A DNA stretch of 64,000 nucleotides from Torpedo marmorata (Eukaryota). Position 1 is the stretch's first letter; the number at the start of each line of letters is the position of its first letter. The stretch covers positions 48,794,001-48,858,000 of the forward strand of contig OZ360219.1 in NCBI GenBank assembly GCA_977017645.1. The letters run 5' to 3'. The notes beneath the pieces are model-generated. The model did not search any database, had not been told where the DNA came from, and saw only the letters and a program-made list of their open reading frames with translations. Position numbers and translations under genes: made by a program. This document shows positions 1-10,901 of the stretch, in pieces.

Positions 1-90
1 TTAGTCCCATGTAAAATCTACATCAAAAATATGAAATGTATTTGTTCTTTCTCTCATATGGAAGAAACTAAAAGATGTCTGAACAAGAGT

Positions 91-299
91 TTATTTATAT
101 ATCCCTTGTATCAGTACTGTGTCTTGATGGTTTCTTGGTAAGCAGGTTTTCTCACACTCTTCTTGAGAGTTGAATCTATTTTTGCTTCCTTGGCAACCAT
201 TATAGAGAAACTGTTCACACAGTCTGGTGTCCACATTAAAGAACCATCGCCACGTAGGGGTGTTACACTTCCCATTCTTCCTGGGCTGCTGACAAACTG
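91..299 (-). CDS. BPTI/Kunitz-domain exon, probable terminal exon of the HHIP-like transcript
   Basis: Acceptor ttttaccttgttttgttccacag|CA GTT TGT (phase 1). Encodes (A)VCQQPRKNGKCNTPTWRWFFNVDTRLCEQFLYNGCQGSKNRFNSQEECEKTCLPRNHQDTVLIQGIYK*, with canonical C-x8-C-x15-C-x7-C-x12-C-x3-C spacing and FxYxGC and NxF motifs. Stop TAA at 93-91. Confidence 0.9.
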
Positions 300-379
300 C
301 TGTGGAACAAAACAAGGTAAAATAATTCTGAATAAAAGGCTAAATAAAATGTTTTTAAAATTCAAATGAAGCGATGAAA

Positions 380-1036
380 AAAAATGGCGGCGCTGCCGGA
401 GCTGCTGTTTATTTTTAAAATCCTGCGACCGCAGGGTCTGCGCCCAAGATGACGGCGACTATGATCGGCAGCAGCCACGAGGGGTTAAAGACTCTGGGGA
501 AGTGGAGGACTGACACAGGGCACCAGAAAGCAAGGACTACACTCCCGTATGAGAAGGAGAAGCAGAGGAGACCACCCACCGATGGTGACCACGGCAGCAG
601 ACCAGTGAGGGGCTCTGAGGCTGAAGAACATGCAGGCTGCGGGCTGCTGGCGACTGCGGTCAAGGGACTTTCACCTTTCTGTGGACTGCTGGAGACTGGC
701 TTGAGACTGGCTGAAGGGGTACCAGGTATAGGAACTGGGATGCGAGAGGGTGCTGGAGGCTTCCTGATCGTGTCAGAGGTGTGCATCTGGAGCTCGGGTT
801 GCTGATGGTTTGGACTGAAGGCTGCGTGGCTGCGGGAGCACTGGAGGCGAAGCCATGGACATTCAGTGACTCCAGGGGGCCTCTCTTTTGCTTCTCTTTC
901 TCTGGCTGTAAGGGGTGCCGGACAATTTCTGCTGATAGCGAATCTTTGTCTGCCTTATGGTAGACTAAAGGAAATTTCATGTAATTTCACTTTCTCTGTT
1001 TTATTACATGACAATAAAATAATCTTGAATCTTGAA
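380..1036 (+). mobile_element. GC-rich non-coding interspersed repeat, copy 1, with an AATAAA + (TCTTGAA)n tail (non-autonomous retroposon-like)
   Basis: Homologous to 3030-3597 and 6460-7191. Ends catgacaataaaataatcttgaatcttga. Boundaries approximate. Confidence 0.65.
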
Positions 1037-1189
1037 CCAAATCAGTTAAATACTGATTGCAATTTATCTGAATGCCCGTAGCATTTGAAACAAGATCGAT
1101 GAATTTGTGGCACAAATCAGTACAAAAGGATATGGTTTAGTGGTAGTTACAGAAACATGGTTGCAGGGTGGAGATGATTGACCTTCAAA

Positions 1190-2430
1190 GTGCTCAAAAA
1201 AAGTATATTCCAGTTAAAAACAAGGACAGTAAGGGTGGGGACAGCCAGCCTCGAATAATAAAGGAAATAAAAGAATGCATTAGATGAAATGCTCATGCAT
1301 ACAAATACCACGAGTAGTGGGAAATGGGAAGATTGGGAAAACTTTTCAAAGCAACAAAGAACCACTAAGCAAGCAGAATCAGAATTTATTGTCATGAACA
1401 AGTATTGAAATTCGGTGTTTTGCAATAAAGAAAGGAAGGATAGAATATTAAAGTAAACTAGCCAAAATAAAAAAAAACAGATAGTAAAAATTCTTATATA
1501 AAACTGAAAAGGGTGGCTAAAGTGAACTTTGGTCCCTTGGAAGATGATAAAGGGGAATTATTCTTGGGTAATGTGGAAATAGCTGAGGCCTTGAATGACT
1601 ATTTTGTGTTGGTCTTCACGGTGGAGGACACACCTAACATGCCGAAGAGTGATGTTAAGGATACAGAGGGAGGCGAGGACCTCAATATCACTAAAGAGGT
1701 AGTGCTGTGCACACGAGTGAGTCTAAACATAGATAAGTCCTCTGCTGATGATGGAATACATCCCAGGCTACTGAACGAAATAGCAGAAGTTCTAATAGAT
1801 GAGTTGGTGGTAATCTACCAAAATTCTCTGAACTCTGGGCAGGTCCCAGTGGACTGGACGGCAGCAAATGTCACGCAACTGTTTAAAAAAGGATGGAGGT
1901 AAAATGCAGGTAACTATAGGTTAGTTAGCTTAATGTCTGTAGTCAGGAAAATGCTTGAAGCCATCGTTAAGGAAGAAATAGTGAGACATCTGGATAGAAA
2001 TTGTTCCATCAGGCAGACACAGCATGGATTCCGGAAGGGCAGGTTATGTTTGCCAAATTTACTGGAGTTCTTTGAGGATATAATGAATGCGGGGGGGGCG
2101 GGGGAGGAACAGGTAGATGTTGTGCACTTAGTTTTCCAGAAGACATTTAATAAGGAACGTCTAAGACTTATCCATAAGATACATGATGTTGGTTAACCAA
2201 TAGAAGGCAGAAAATTGCGATAAATGGGTATTTCTGTGGTTGGCAATGAGTGGTGAGGGGAGTGTAACTCTTCATGATATACAGAGGAAGTGGTTGAGGT
2301 AGGCAAAAAATTTAGAACACATTTAGACAGGCACATGGAAAGGAAAGGTTTTGAGGGACGTGGGCTGAACACAGACAAATAGGCCTAGCTTAGGTAAGCA
2401 ACTTGGCCATCATGGAGGAGTTGGTCCAGA
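1190..2430 (+). mobile_element. Degraded CR1 LINE fragment (part of ORF2 plus 3' UTR)
   Basis: ORFs 1513-1902 and 1933-2196 carry CR1 motifs AEALNDYF, DGIHPRLL, DWTAANVTQLFKKG and QHGFRKGRLCLPNLLEFFE, broken by stops and deletions. Confidence 0.85.
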
Positions 2431-2567
2431 CTAAATACTGTTCATGTTAAATCCATGAAGAAGGTCAAATTTTTAACCTTGTGCTTACATCTCAATAACT
2501 ACTAAAGAACTTAATGCGTTATCTTTACTCCAAAGGCATATATGTTATTTTGGCAGTTGAATAATAC

Positions 2568-2696
2568 CTGCCCTTGCCACTCTTTCAATGTTTTTATCCA
2601 CTTGTTGGCACTGAGGTCCAGTGTAGCTCTCCTTACACAAGCACTTATTTGGTCTCACACACACGCCACCATGCTGACAAACTGGGTCGCACTTTG
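2568..2696 (-). CDS. HHIP: HHIP-like exon encoding EGF2 and linker
   Basis: ttctttaacag|CA AAG TGC; encodes (A)KCDPVCQHGGVCVRPNKCLCKESYTGPQCQQVDKNIERVARA, then GCAG|gtatta (phase-1 donor). Unspliced read-through gives GIIQLPK* (stop 2547-2545). Confidence 0.93.
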
Positions 2697-3029
2697 CTGT
2701 TAAAGAAATGAGAAATATTTAATTCACCAAATAAGTTCTATTAACTGAAAGTTTAGAATGTGCAGATAAAGACAAAAAAGGTAATGATCCATTTTGAATA
2801 GAAAGCTTGTCTTAATATTTCCATGTTGATGTTGGCACTGCTACAGCTGTGGTAATGGCAGTGCTGCCGCTGGTGCGGTTTCGGGAGAAGCAGAGACTCT
2901 CCTTCCAGCACTCCTCCGCAGGATCCTACTGCCCCGTCATCACGCCCCACAGACCCATTTTGGTTTAAATCACCTGTAGAATGGGAACAGTTGTGTTTTT
3001 ATTATATTGGAGAACCCATGGAGTTCTGG

Positions 3030-3597
3030 CATAAGATGGTGGTGCCCATGCTTGGCAGCCCAGACCATGAGGGTTGCGGGCTCCAAGGGAGCAGCGGGCT
3101 AGCTCAACTTGAGTGGGAGAACACCCGTCTCCCCCTACTGAGAGGGATAAGCCTGGGAGAAGATCCTACAGGGTAGGAGACCACGGCAGCGGACCAGCAC
3201 AGGGCTTGGTGGCCGAAGGACTCACACTAGGCTGTGGGCTGCTGGAACCAGATATTGGGACGAGGACTCGTGAGGGGGACAATGGCGAGCAGGTCTCCCG
3301 AAGGGCTTCAGGCACTGACAGCTTCCTAATCGTATCAGGGGTTCAGAACCAGGGGCCAAGGAAGCTGACTTGGATGCCTGGAGCTCGGGTTCACCCCTAG
3401 AACGGATGAAAGGCCGTTACAGGACTGTAGGAGGTGGCAGCATCAGAGGAGGTGGTGGGATCCATGGACACTCAATGTCTCTGAAGGGACACTCTTTTGC
3501 TTTTGGTAGGGGTGCTGGACTAGTGATGCCTCTTGGGGGCAAACAAAAGGAAACAAATTTTGTGTTTTAATGTACATGAAATAAAGGAACCCTGAAC
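3030..3597 (+). mobile_element. GC-rich interspersed repeat, copy 2
   Basis: Shares aagatgg.ggtgcc, gaccacggcagcggacc and ctggagctcgggtt blocks with copies 1 and 3. Ends catgaaataaaggaaccctgaa. Confidence 0.6.
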
Positions 3598-4994
3598 TTT
3601 TTTCTGCATTTGTTGGAAATAGGTAATAATTTCATATATGTGGCCCAACTTGGGATGAACACCACGTTCTTGGATTGACATCACTCTCAGTGCAGGTCTT
3701 TTTTTTTTCTTTTTTGGGATGAATTCATCACAGTGTGTGGCACTACATGCATTATAAAGCATCAGCACTGCATTCTACATTGCTTCTGATGTTGGACTAA
3801 ATTCAAGTCAGTCAAACTAAATTTCAGAAGTGGAGTAGAAAGAAAAGTGTTTATTGTGTGGTTAGCACTGCTGACTCTGGTGAATATCTGTACAGGGATT
3901 TCCCAACTGACCAGCTGCTATTGTATACCTCCAGGTGGTCATTCAGCTGCCACTGACAGCTGTCTGGAAATGAAGCACTTGCCTATTATCGGTGGAGGAT
4001 GAGAAGGGGAGTTGTGAAAGGCATAAAAAAGGAAGATCAACAGAGTTCTGTCCTTAGCAGTGTGAAGATGACTTATTAAAATCAAAGTGTGAATTCTCAT
4101 CATTCTGCACTGAAATGTTTATATTACTTTCAGTACTACAATTCTAGCACACTGCTATTTCAGCATTTAAATATATTTGATCATTATTTATAATGCACAC
4201 TGTAAAATATCCTTTATATTCAATAAGGCAGAAGAGCCAATAGAATTTTTTGAAGAGTCCTATTACTTTAATAAATATTTATTCAATGCAAGATGATGTA
4301 TTTTTTCTTTATACAATATGACTGCTGACCAGAAAATGGAAGCAAATTAAGTAAACTAGAAATTATACTTTATTTTACTAAAAAGAAATTATAATTTTGC
4401 TTGTTATCTTGCTGATAATTAAAGCTGATTAAACACATACAGTAAATGTTTCAATCTAAATATTGCACATCAGTTAACCCAGGGTCAAGCTATAGAAAAA
4501 AAAATCTTTTAGGTATCTTTAGCTTTGAAGAAGGAAAACAGTACAAATTAAACTGATGTTTTTGTACAATTTTCTTTACAAGTTATCCTTATTTTATTAA
4601 TATCTCTTTCGAATATCAGAGGATCCATCCGCTGCCAATTTAATGTGAGCATTAGTGATGGTCTTTAAGCTAAAAATCACTTTGGTACCTAAATCTAAAT
4701 GATAGAGCTTGTAAAATGTGTGAGGCATGCAACATTTCCTGTTGCAAATGCAACATGAATGCATTATGTAGCATCAATGTTAATTTTGAATGTGGTAGCA
4801 GGTAGGTTTACACTCAACATCAATTTACACTCAAGTGAGGTAAATTGATGCCTTGTTCACTCAGAATGTAATGTTTTAAAGGAAGGATCAATGCATATTT
4901 TGTCAGCATAATTTCACAAGACTTACTAATTGGGTAAGTGAAATATAATAGGCCTAACTGTGCTGATGGCTAGCTGGTTTCCATTCTTCTTATT

Positions 4995-5400
4995 CGGGAG
5001 TCCCTCGGGATCTAGGATGACTTGCTTCCACTCCAGTTTTGTTGAAGCTGAGGTGGCTAATGAGGCCAATATGGGAACTGCAGATGGTTCAGGAGGAGAC
5101 TGATAAGCATGGATGGGTATGTCGTTTCTGAGCTGGCACACTTCTTCCAACATTTATGCACGGCTTCTCTGAGCTCCAGGTACATCGAGTCAAGGTTTCA
5201 GTGCTACCCTGAACGTTCCTTCTCCACTTTGAGTGGTTATGGGCCAAATGTTCCCAGGAGTCAGTGGGGACATGGCACTTCTTCACAGAAGTTTTGAGCA
5301 CACCTCTCTGTCTATCTGGTAATCTCCCATGACAGAGCTCGCAGTGTCTGTTTTGGGAGTCTGCTGGCAGGCATGTAAAAGACATGGCCCATCCAATGTA
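4995..5400 (-). mobile_element. RTE-clade LINE 3' fragment (degraded)
   Basis: ORF 5089-5385 contains ELCHGRL...VLKTSVKKCHVPTDSWEHLAHNHSKWRR, which resembles the RTE/BovB ORF C-terminus. Confidence 0.7.
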
Positions 5401-6194
5401 TCTGACTGATTAATAAGGTCACAATGCCGTGAATGTAAGTCTGGCTGATGGGTAGCCGTGTGCAATATATCTTCAAGAACTCATTGAGCGTTGACCTTTA
5501 ATGAAGATGTTTTCTTAGCAGCTCTATTCTTGTTATTTGCCTCAGTGAATTGCAACACAAAAATCCTACAGATATCAGACAACAGTGCAGCTGTCAACAG
5601 GCCCTGAACTTACATATTGCACATTTCAGCGTTAAAGTATGGGACTGGCTGCTCTGCCCTGACCTGCTGAGTAGTTCCAGCATTTTCTGTTCCTCTTCCA
5701 GATTTCTAGCATCTGCAGTTTTTTTAATGTTTGAATGCTGAATCCACACATTAATTGCCTAGAAACTGATTTTCAATTGGTAATGTTAAACATACTACAG
5801 TATATAACTGTGACAGGGTATCATGCTCTACTTTTGAAATTCATTACACTGACTGCAATGAAGTCAGTTTTGGATGTAGAGGTCAAAATGCTTATACAAC
5901 TGTGCATTGAACCGAGTGGAAGTCCTGCAAAGAACAGAGGGGGTCAGAAGCAACAAGGTGCCACAGTGGTGGTAGTAGTGTAAATAGAATCGAATGTAAC
6001 AATGCAGTGACGGGAGTGTATGGATATGAAAGACTCTGAATGGTTTTTCTTTGCACGAATAAAGCAAATTTATTGTGAATAAAGTCTATTATTGGTAAAA
6101 AAAAAACTGTGTGTAGAATTTTGTCTTGGAGATCAATTTCCAGGTAATTTTTTTTTCTCATGAGCAATTTAAGAATTTGGCCTGGGTGATTTCA

Positions 6195-7325
6195 ATAATT
6201 TCATGAGCACAACAATCTAGGCTGATGCTCCAGTGCCAAACTGCTGCATTGTTGGAGGTGGTGTCTCTCATTCAAAGCTGGAAATGAGGCTCTTTCTACT
6301 CTCCCTCCCTTGTGTTGGGAAAAGATCCAACAGCACTATTTTGAAGAAATGTAGGGGAGTCATGCTGGCAGCCTCGCCTATATTAATACCTTAGCAACAT
6401 CATGGAAGATGAGTTTATGATCATTATCACATTACTAGTTTGTGGAAAATTGCTGGTGTGGACCTGGGGAGCGGGGAGCGTTGACACACCGCTGTTCCGC
6501 AGGGTCCAACCGCCCAGTCCTAATGCTGGTGGCTCCGTCCAGACTTTAAATGGCCTGCTAAAGGAGCCGATGGTGTTTTTTAAAGTAAAATCCTGCAACT
6601 TCGGAGTCTGTGCCCAAGATGGCGGTGCCTATGCTCGGCAGTAGCCATGAGGGGTTGCAGACTCCAGGTGAGCAGGGCACCAGAAACGGGGAGAACACCC
6701 CCCGTTGAGAAGCAGAGGAGACAACACTACAGATGGTGACCACGGCAGCGGACCAACAAGGGGCTCAGCGGCTGAAGGACCCGACAGGACGGTAACCACG
6801 ACAGCAGACCAGTGAGAGGCGGTTAGCGACTTGCGGTTGCGGGACTCATGGAACCGGGATTCGTGAGGGTGCTGAGGGCACAAAATGCTCCCGAAAGGCC
6901 TCGGATGCTGAAGGCTTCCTGATCGTGTCGGAGCTTTGGAACTGGAGCTCGGGTTGCCAATGGATTGGCCAGGGGTTTGTGCGGTTGCAGAGGCTGCAAG
7001 AGCACTGGAGGAAAATCTACGGACACTCAGTGTCGCTGAGGGGACTCTCTTTTTCTACTCTTTCTCTCTTATTGTAAAGGGTGCCGGGCAATATTAAAGG
7101 TGACTCTTTGTCTGCCTTACGGAAGGCAGAAGGCAACTTCGTGTAATACTGCATTTTCTGTATTATTACATGACAATAAAGGAATCTTGAATTAACTGCT
7201 ACATTTCCTGCACTGTGACAGTGACATGACTTCAGAAGTATATCTTATTGTAAAGGGCTTTGGCTCAGCCTCAAAGGGACAAAAAAATAATCAGTTATGT
7301 AAATGCAGATCTCTCTTTCTTTGCT
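6195..7325 (+). mobile_element. Old Deu-domain-like SINE interrupted by GC-rich repeat copy 3 (~6460-7191)
   Basis: aagatcc..cagcactattttgaagaa..aggggagt...tcattatcacatt..gtttgtgg before the insert; gctacatttcctgcac..gacttcagaagta...taaatgcagatctctctttcttt after it. Confidence 0.55.
6460..7191 (+). mobile_element. GC-rich interspersed repeat, copy 3
   Basis: Homologous to 380-1036. Ends catgacaataaaggaatcttgaa. Confidence 0.65.
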
Positions 7326-7966
7326 CAACCCATGCTAGTCTTACTGAACTTCATTTCAATGCTGATAAAATACTGAACAAGAAAGTGTTTGCTCAGTGCC
7401 CTTCTTGCTCTACATACAACTATTTTTCCCTTCAAGGTATGCTGCTTTGACTTCACTAGACGTTGTAAGAAAATAACTTTCCTTAAAGATCTTCCTGGGA
7501 AATTCTGAGAAGTTGACTCTGAAAGAAAGCCTCAGTTGCGGCCATCAATCTCTGAAGTATATTATAATAATAATTGAAGGTTACCGCTTAAAACCAGACA
7601 TACAAATAATTCTTTGCTGCTTTGAGGGGAAGTGAAATGATTGTGTTGGATCATGACTGAAACTATGTCGAGGTGTCAGGAAGTGGTGTCACTTACGGTT
7701 TTACCCATTACATATGGTATGCGGCAGAGGAAACACGTGTGAAAATCAGCTCTGTTTTATAACTAGTTTCTTAGTACCAATTTAGAAAAATATAAACAAC
7801 TTCTGTGAAATTAATGATATATAATATTGCAGAATCAGAAGGTTTAGTATTTAATTCTTGACTACAAATCAATAAATATTGCTTTATAGTGTTAGTCAAT
7901 GTTACTCATAAGATTTGTTCTTTAATTATCACTGTTTTCCTCTCAAGTAAAACAAAAACTACCTAC

Positions 7967-8115
7967 CCACTCTGCAGAACTCCCCCTCCCAACCTGGATT
8001 ACAGCAGCATACTCCTGTTGGTGTGCAAAGTCCATTTCTACACAAATGTGAACACTCTGATTCCAATTGTTCTGGAGGCAACACTGATTTCTTGCATTCT
8101 TCTGGAACCAATGGT
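7967..8115 (-). CDS. HHIP: HHIP-like exon encoding EGF1
   Basis: tttctttattttaaaatag|A CCA TTG...GTG G|gtaggt; 149 nt; encodes (R)PLVPEECKKSVLPPEQLESECSHLCRNGLCTPTGVCCCNPGWEGEFCRV(A). Confidence 0.95.
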
Positions 8116-8194
8116 CTATTTTAAAATAAAGAAATAACACGGTTTATGTTATTTGAAAGAGAATTATTTTATGTCAAATCTCTGTTGACTTATA

Positions 8195-8500
8195 GAGTCA
8201 TAGGGCGATATAGCATAGAAACGGACCCCTCAGCCCACCGAGTCCGCGACAACCATCAACTACACATTCACACTAATCTTATTTTTATTCTCTCTACATT
8301 CTCATCAAATCCCCCTCCCCCAGATTCTACCGATCAACTGCACAATGGGGGCAACTTACAGTGGCCAATTAACCTACCAACTTGCATGTGTTTGGGATGT
8401 GGGAGGAAACTGGAGCACTTGGTGCAAATCCATGCAGCCATAGGGAGAATGTGAAAACTCCACATAGGTCAGGATTGAACCTGGATCTCGGGTGCTGTTA
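8195..8500 (-). mobile_element. HE1/V-SINE-like tRNA-derived SINE
   Basis: Reverse complement of the V-domain (gtgggaggaaactggagcac...cagccatagggagaatgtgaaaactccacat). Confidence 0.75.
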
Positions 8501-10664
8501 TCAACAGGACCAATTTAATAATACAGTTCAATCGCTATCTTTTAAATACTGTATTTTTTTACAATGATGAAACAGTCACAAATGACTACACTGTGCCTCT
8601 ATGACCATGGTCCAAGGTTTACTGGCATTGTTGAGCATCTGAACCCATAGATGACATATGAAACAAGTACCCCTTACCTTGTGTGGCTTCCCCAGCCAGA
8701 ACTTTCTAAAAGAAGTTGACCAAACCTCAGTATTGAATGGTTATCTATGGTCTAAATCGCAAGCCTTGAGGGGCCAGAACTAGCCCCACCGCAAAAAAAT
8801 GAATGAAACTTAAAAGAGCTAGCTAGCTACACCTCCTGACTTTGACAATTGTTGGTTGCTAAAATCTATTAAAAAGAATTCAAATGACGATTAAAAATTG
8901 TGAAAAAAAATTAACATACTTTCAAGCAATTCTTAATCATTAAAACTATTAGTTAGTTCATTGCAATATTCTCCTTTGGAACCAACAGCAAACTGGCACA
9001 GGTATTTCAAATGGTTTTCCCTCCATAACTGGTGGGCAATCTCTGCAATTTTCTGTTCCCATAATGAACTATACGAGGAGTCCAGTCAAAATACAGTTGG
9101 ATAAACACCAGTGAAGAGCGGGCAGTAAATTCAGGACTTAAAAGTATTCAAGCATGTACAGTACATGCAGAAAATTCAAACGGGTTTCTATGCAAAATCT
9201 GCAATATTATTTTATCTGTCATTCTAACAGAATGCATTTATGGGTGAGGGTGTCATTTTATGTTATTGCTTAAAAGTGTATTACAATATAATTTAAACTC
9301 CATAATTCAATAAACCCTTATAGCAGAAAATTGTAAGTAGACTTCATATAATGGATTGATGAAAATGATGGCATTATATAACAATAAGAGAACATGTGCA
9401 TTGTACAATTGAAGTTGAAATGCACAATATGTTTTTGTGTAAAAATGAATATGTTCTTAAAATGAAAGCTCAAAAGAAATCAATGAACTATAACATACGA
9501 CACGAGGTGTGCAACAGATTTTGAGAAAAAGATCCATTTTTTTGACCTTGCATAGTCGTATTGAATTGCCCAGGTCAATTTCCTGATGGATGTAATTTCA
9601 AAACACAAGAGACCTCAGATGCTGGAATCTGGAGCAAAAAGCAAACTACAGGAGGAACTCAGCAAGTCAGGCAGCATCTGTGCAGAGAAAGAGGTAATCA
9701 ATATTTTGGGTTGAGATCTTACATCTATTGTAGAGGAAGTCCATTGTTCTATCTCACTTAAAATGCAGTTTATTGATATTAGCAATTGTTTATTCAATTC
9801 CATACTCCAATAAAAGCAAGATCTGATTTTATGATTTTTTTAAAAGCTTGCTTTAACACAATTCAATTTGCTATTTGTACATGGTTATTTCTCACTGTTT
9901 CAGTACACGTTCTGGTAAATGGGGCAAATGTGAATGACGGTTCAGTTATTGCAGGGAAATGCTGATAAAACCATTGACATTATCAAAATAACTGTCAGAA
10001 CTTTAGCATTTCCATGCATGATCAAACAAGGGGTATTCTTATTGCTGGATTGCATCTGATGTTGGATTTCAAATGGAGCAGCAAAATGTCCTCTGCTTAG
10101 TTTCTAGACTTTGAGAATCTTGAGTAGCTTGGTTTGTTTTTTACTCTTGCTGAGAATAGAAGGGAACAGCTGTAAGGGTTAAGCATTTGAATGTAAATTG
10201 AATTTTATGTAGGTTCTTAGCATAAAAACAATGAAAATGTACCCAGAATATTATGCCAGGTGAGTACTGCCCCGGGGTATCAAAGGCAGTTTTGTTTGTG
10301 AGCTGTGAATGAGCTTGTGAGTTGGACTTACACTGCAGTTTGGCGGGGTGCAAGTTGGATGGGATTGGTGAGGGAAATTGAGCTGCGCTGTTGTTTGAGT
10401 AATGGTTTCCCAAGAGTGGACTGAAGATCAGACAAAGAGTAGGGAGAAGAACCCAGTTTCACTACAATACAGTCTACGACAGAGGGTGTGAGGATTGAAG
10501 ACCAAGGCCTCCTTTGAAGCCTTGGATTATTAGGGTTGGGCTTCACTTGTACATGGGGACCAGAAGAATGAGAGGTAAGTACGGAGCACTACCTTTTGAA
10601 TAGTGTCATCCTGTGTGGCCTGACATGGAAATATCCAATAGATTGTTCATTTAAGTTTAATTTT

Positions 10665-10901
10665 AATTTAGAGATGCAGCACGGTAACAGGCCCATCCAC
10701 CCACAAGCCTGCGCTGCCCAAATACACTAATTAACCTACAAACCCCGTATGTTTTTGGAGGGTGGGAGGAAACTGGAGCACCTGGAGGAAACCCATGCAG
10801 ATACAGGCAGAACATACAAACTCCTTACAGTTATGGATTTGAACCCAGATCGCTGGCGCTGTAATAGCATAGCACTAACTGCTACACTAACCATGCTGCC
10901 C
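10665..10901 (-). mobile_element. V-SINE-like SINE
   Basis: gggtgggaggaaactggagcacctggaggaaacccatgcag...acaaactccttacag...gaaccc; tRNA-like head at the right end. Confidence 0.8.

Noticed and set aside
415-980. Overlapping 100-120 aa ORFs on both strands
   Set aside because: They lie in a GC-rich repeat, and the frames are not conserved in the sister copies at 3030 and 6460.
8678-8706. Possible minus-strand micro-exon (ttcttttag...CAAG|gtaagg)
   Set aside because: About 28 nt and would shift the frame; the flanking HHIP exons already join in frame with no missing residues.
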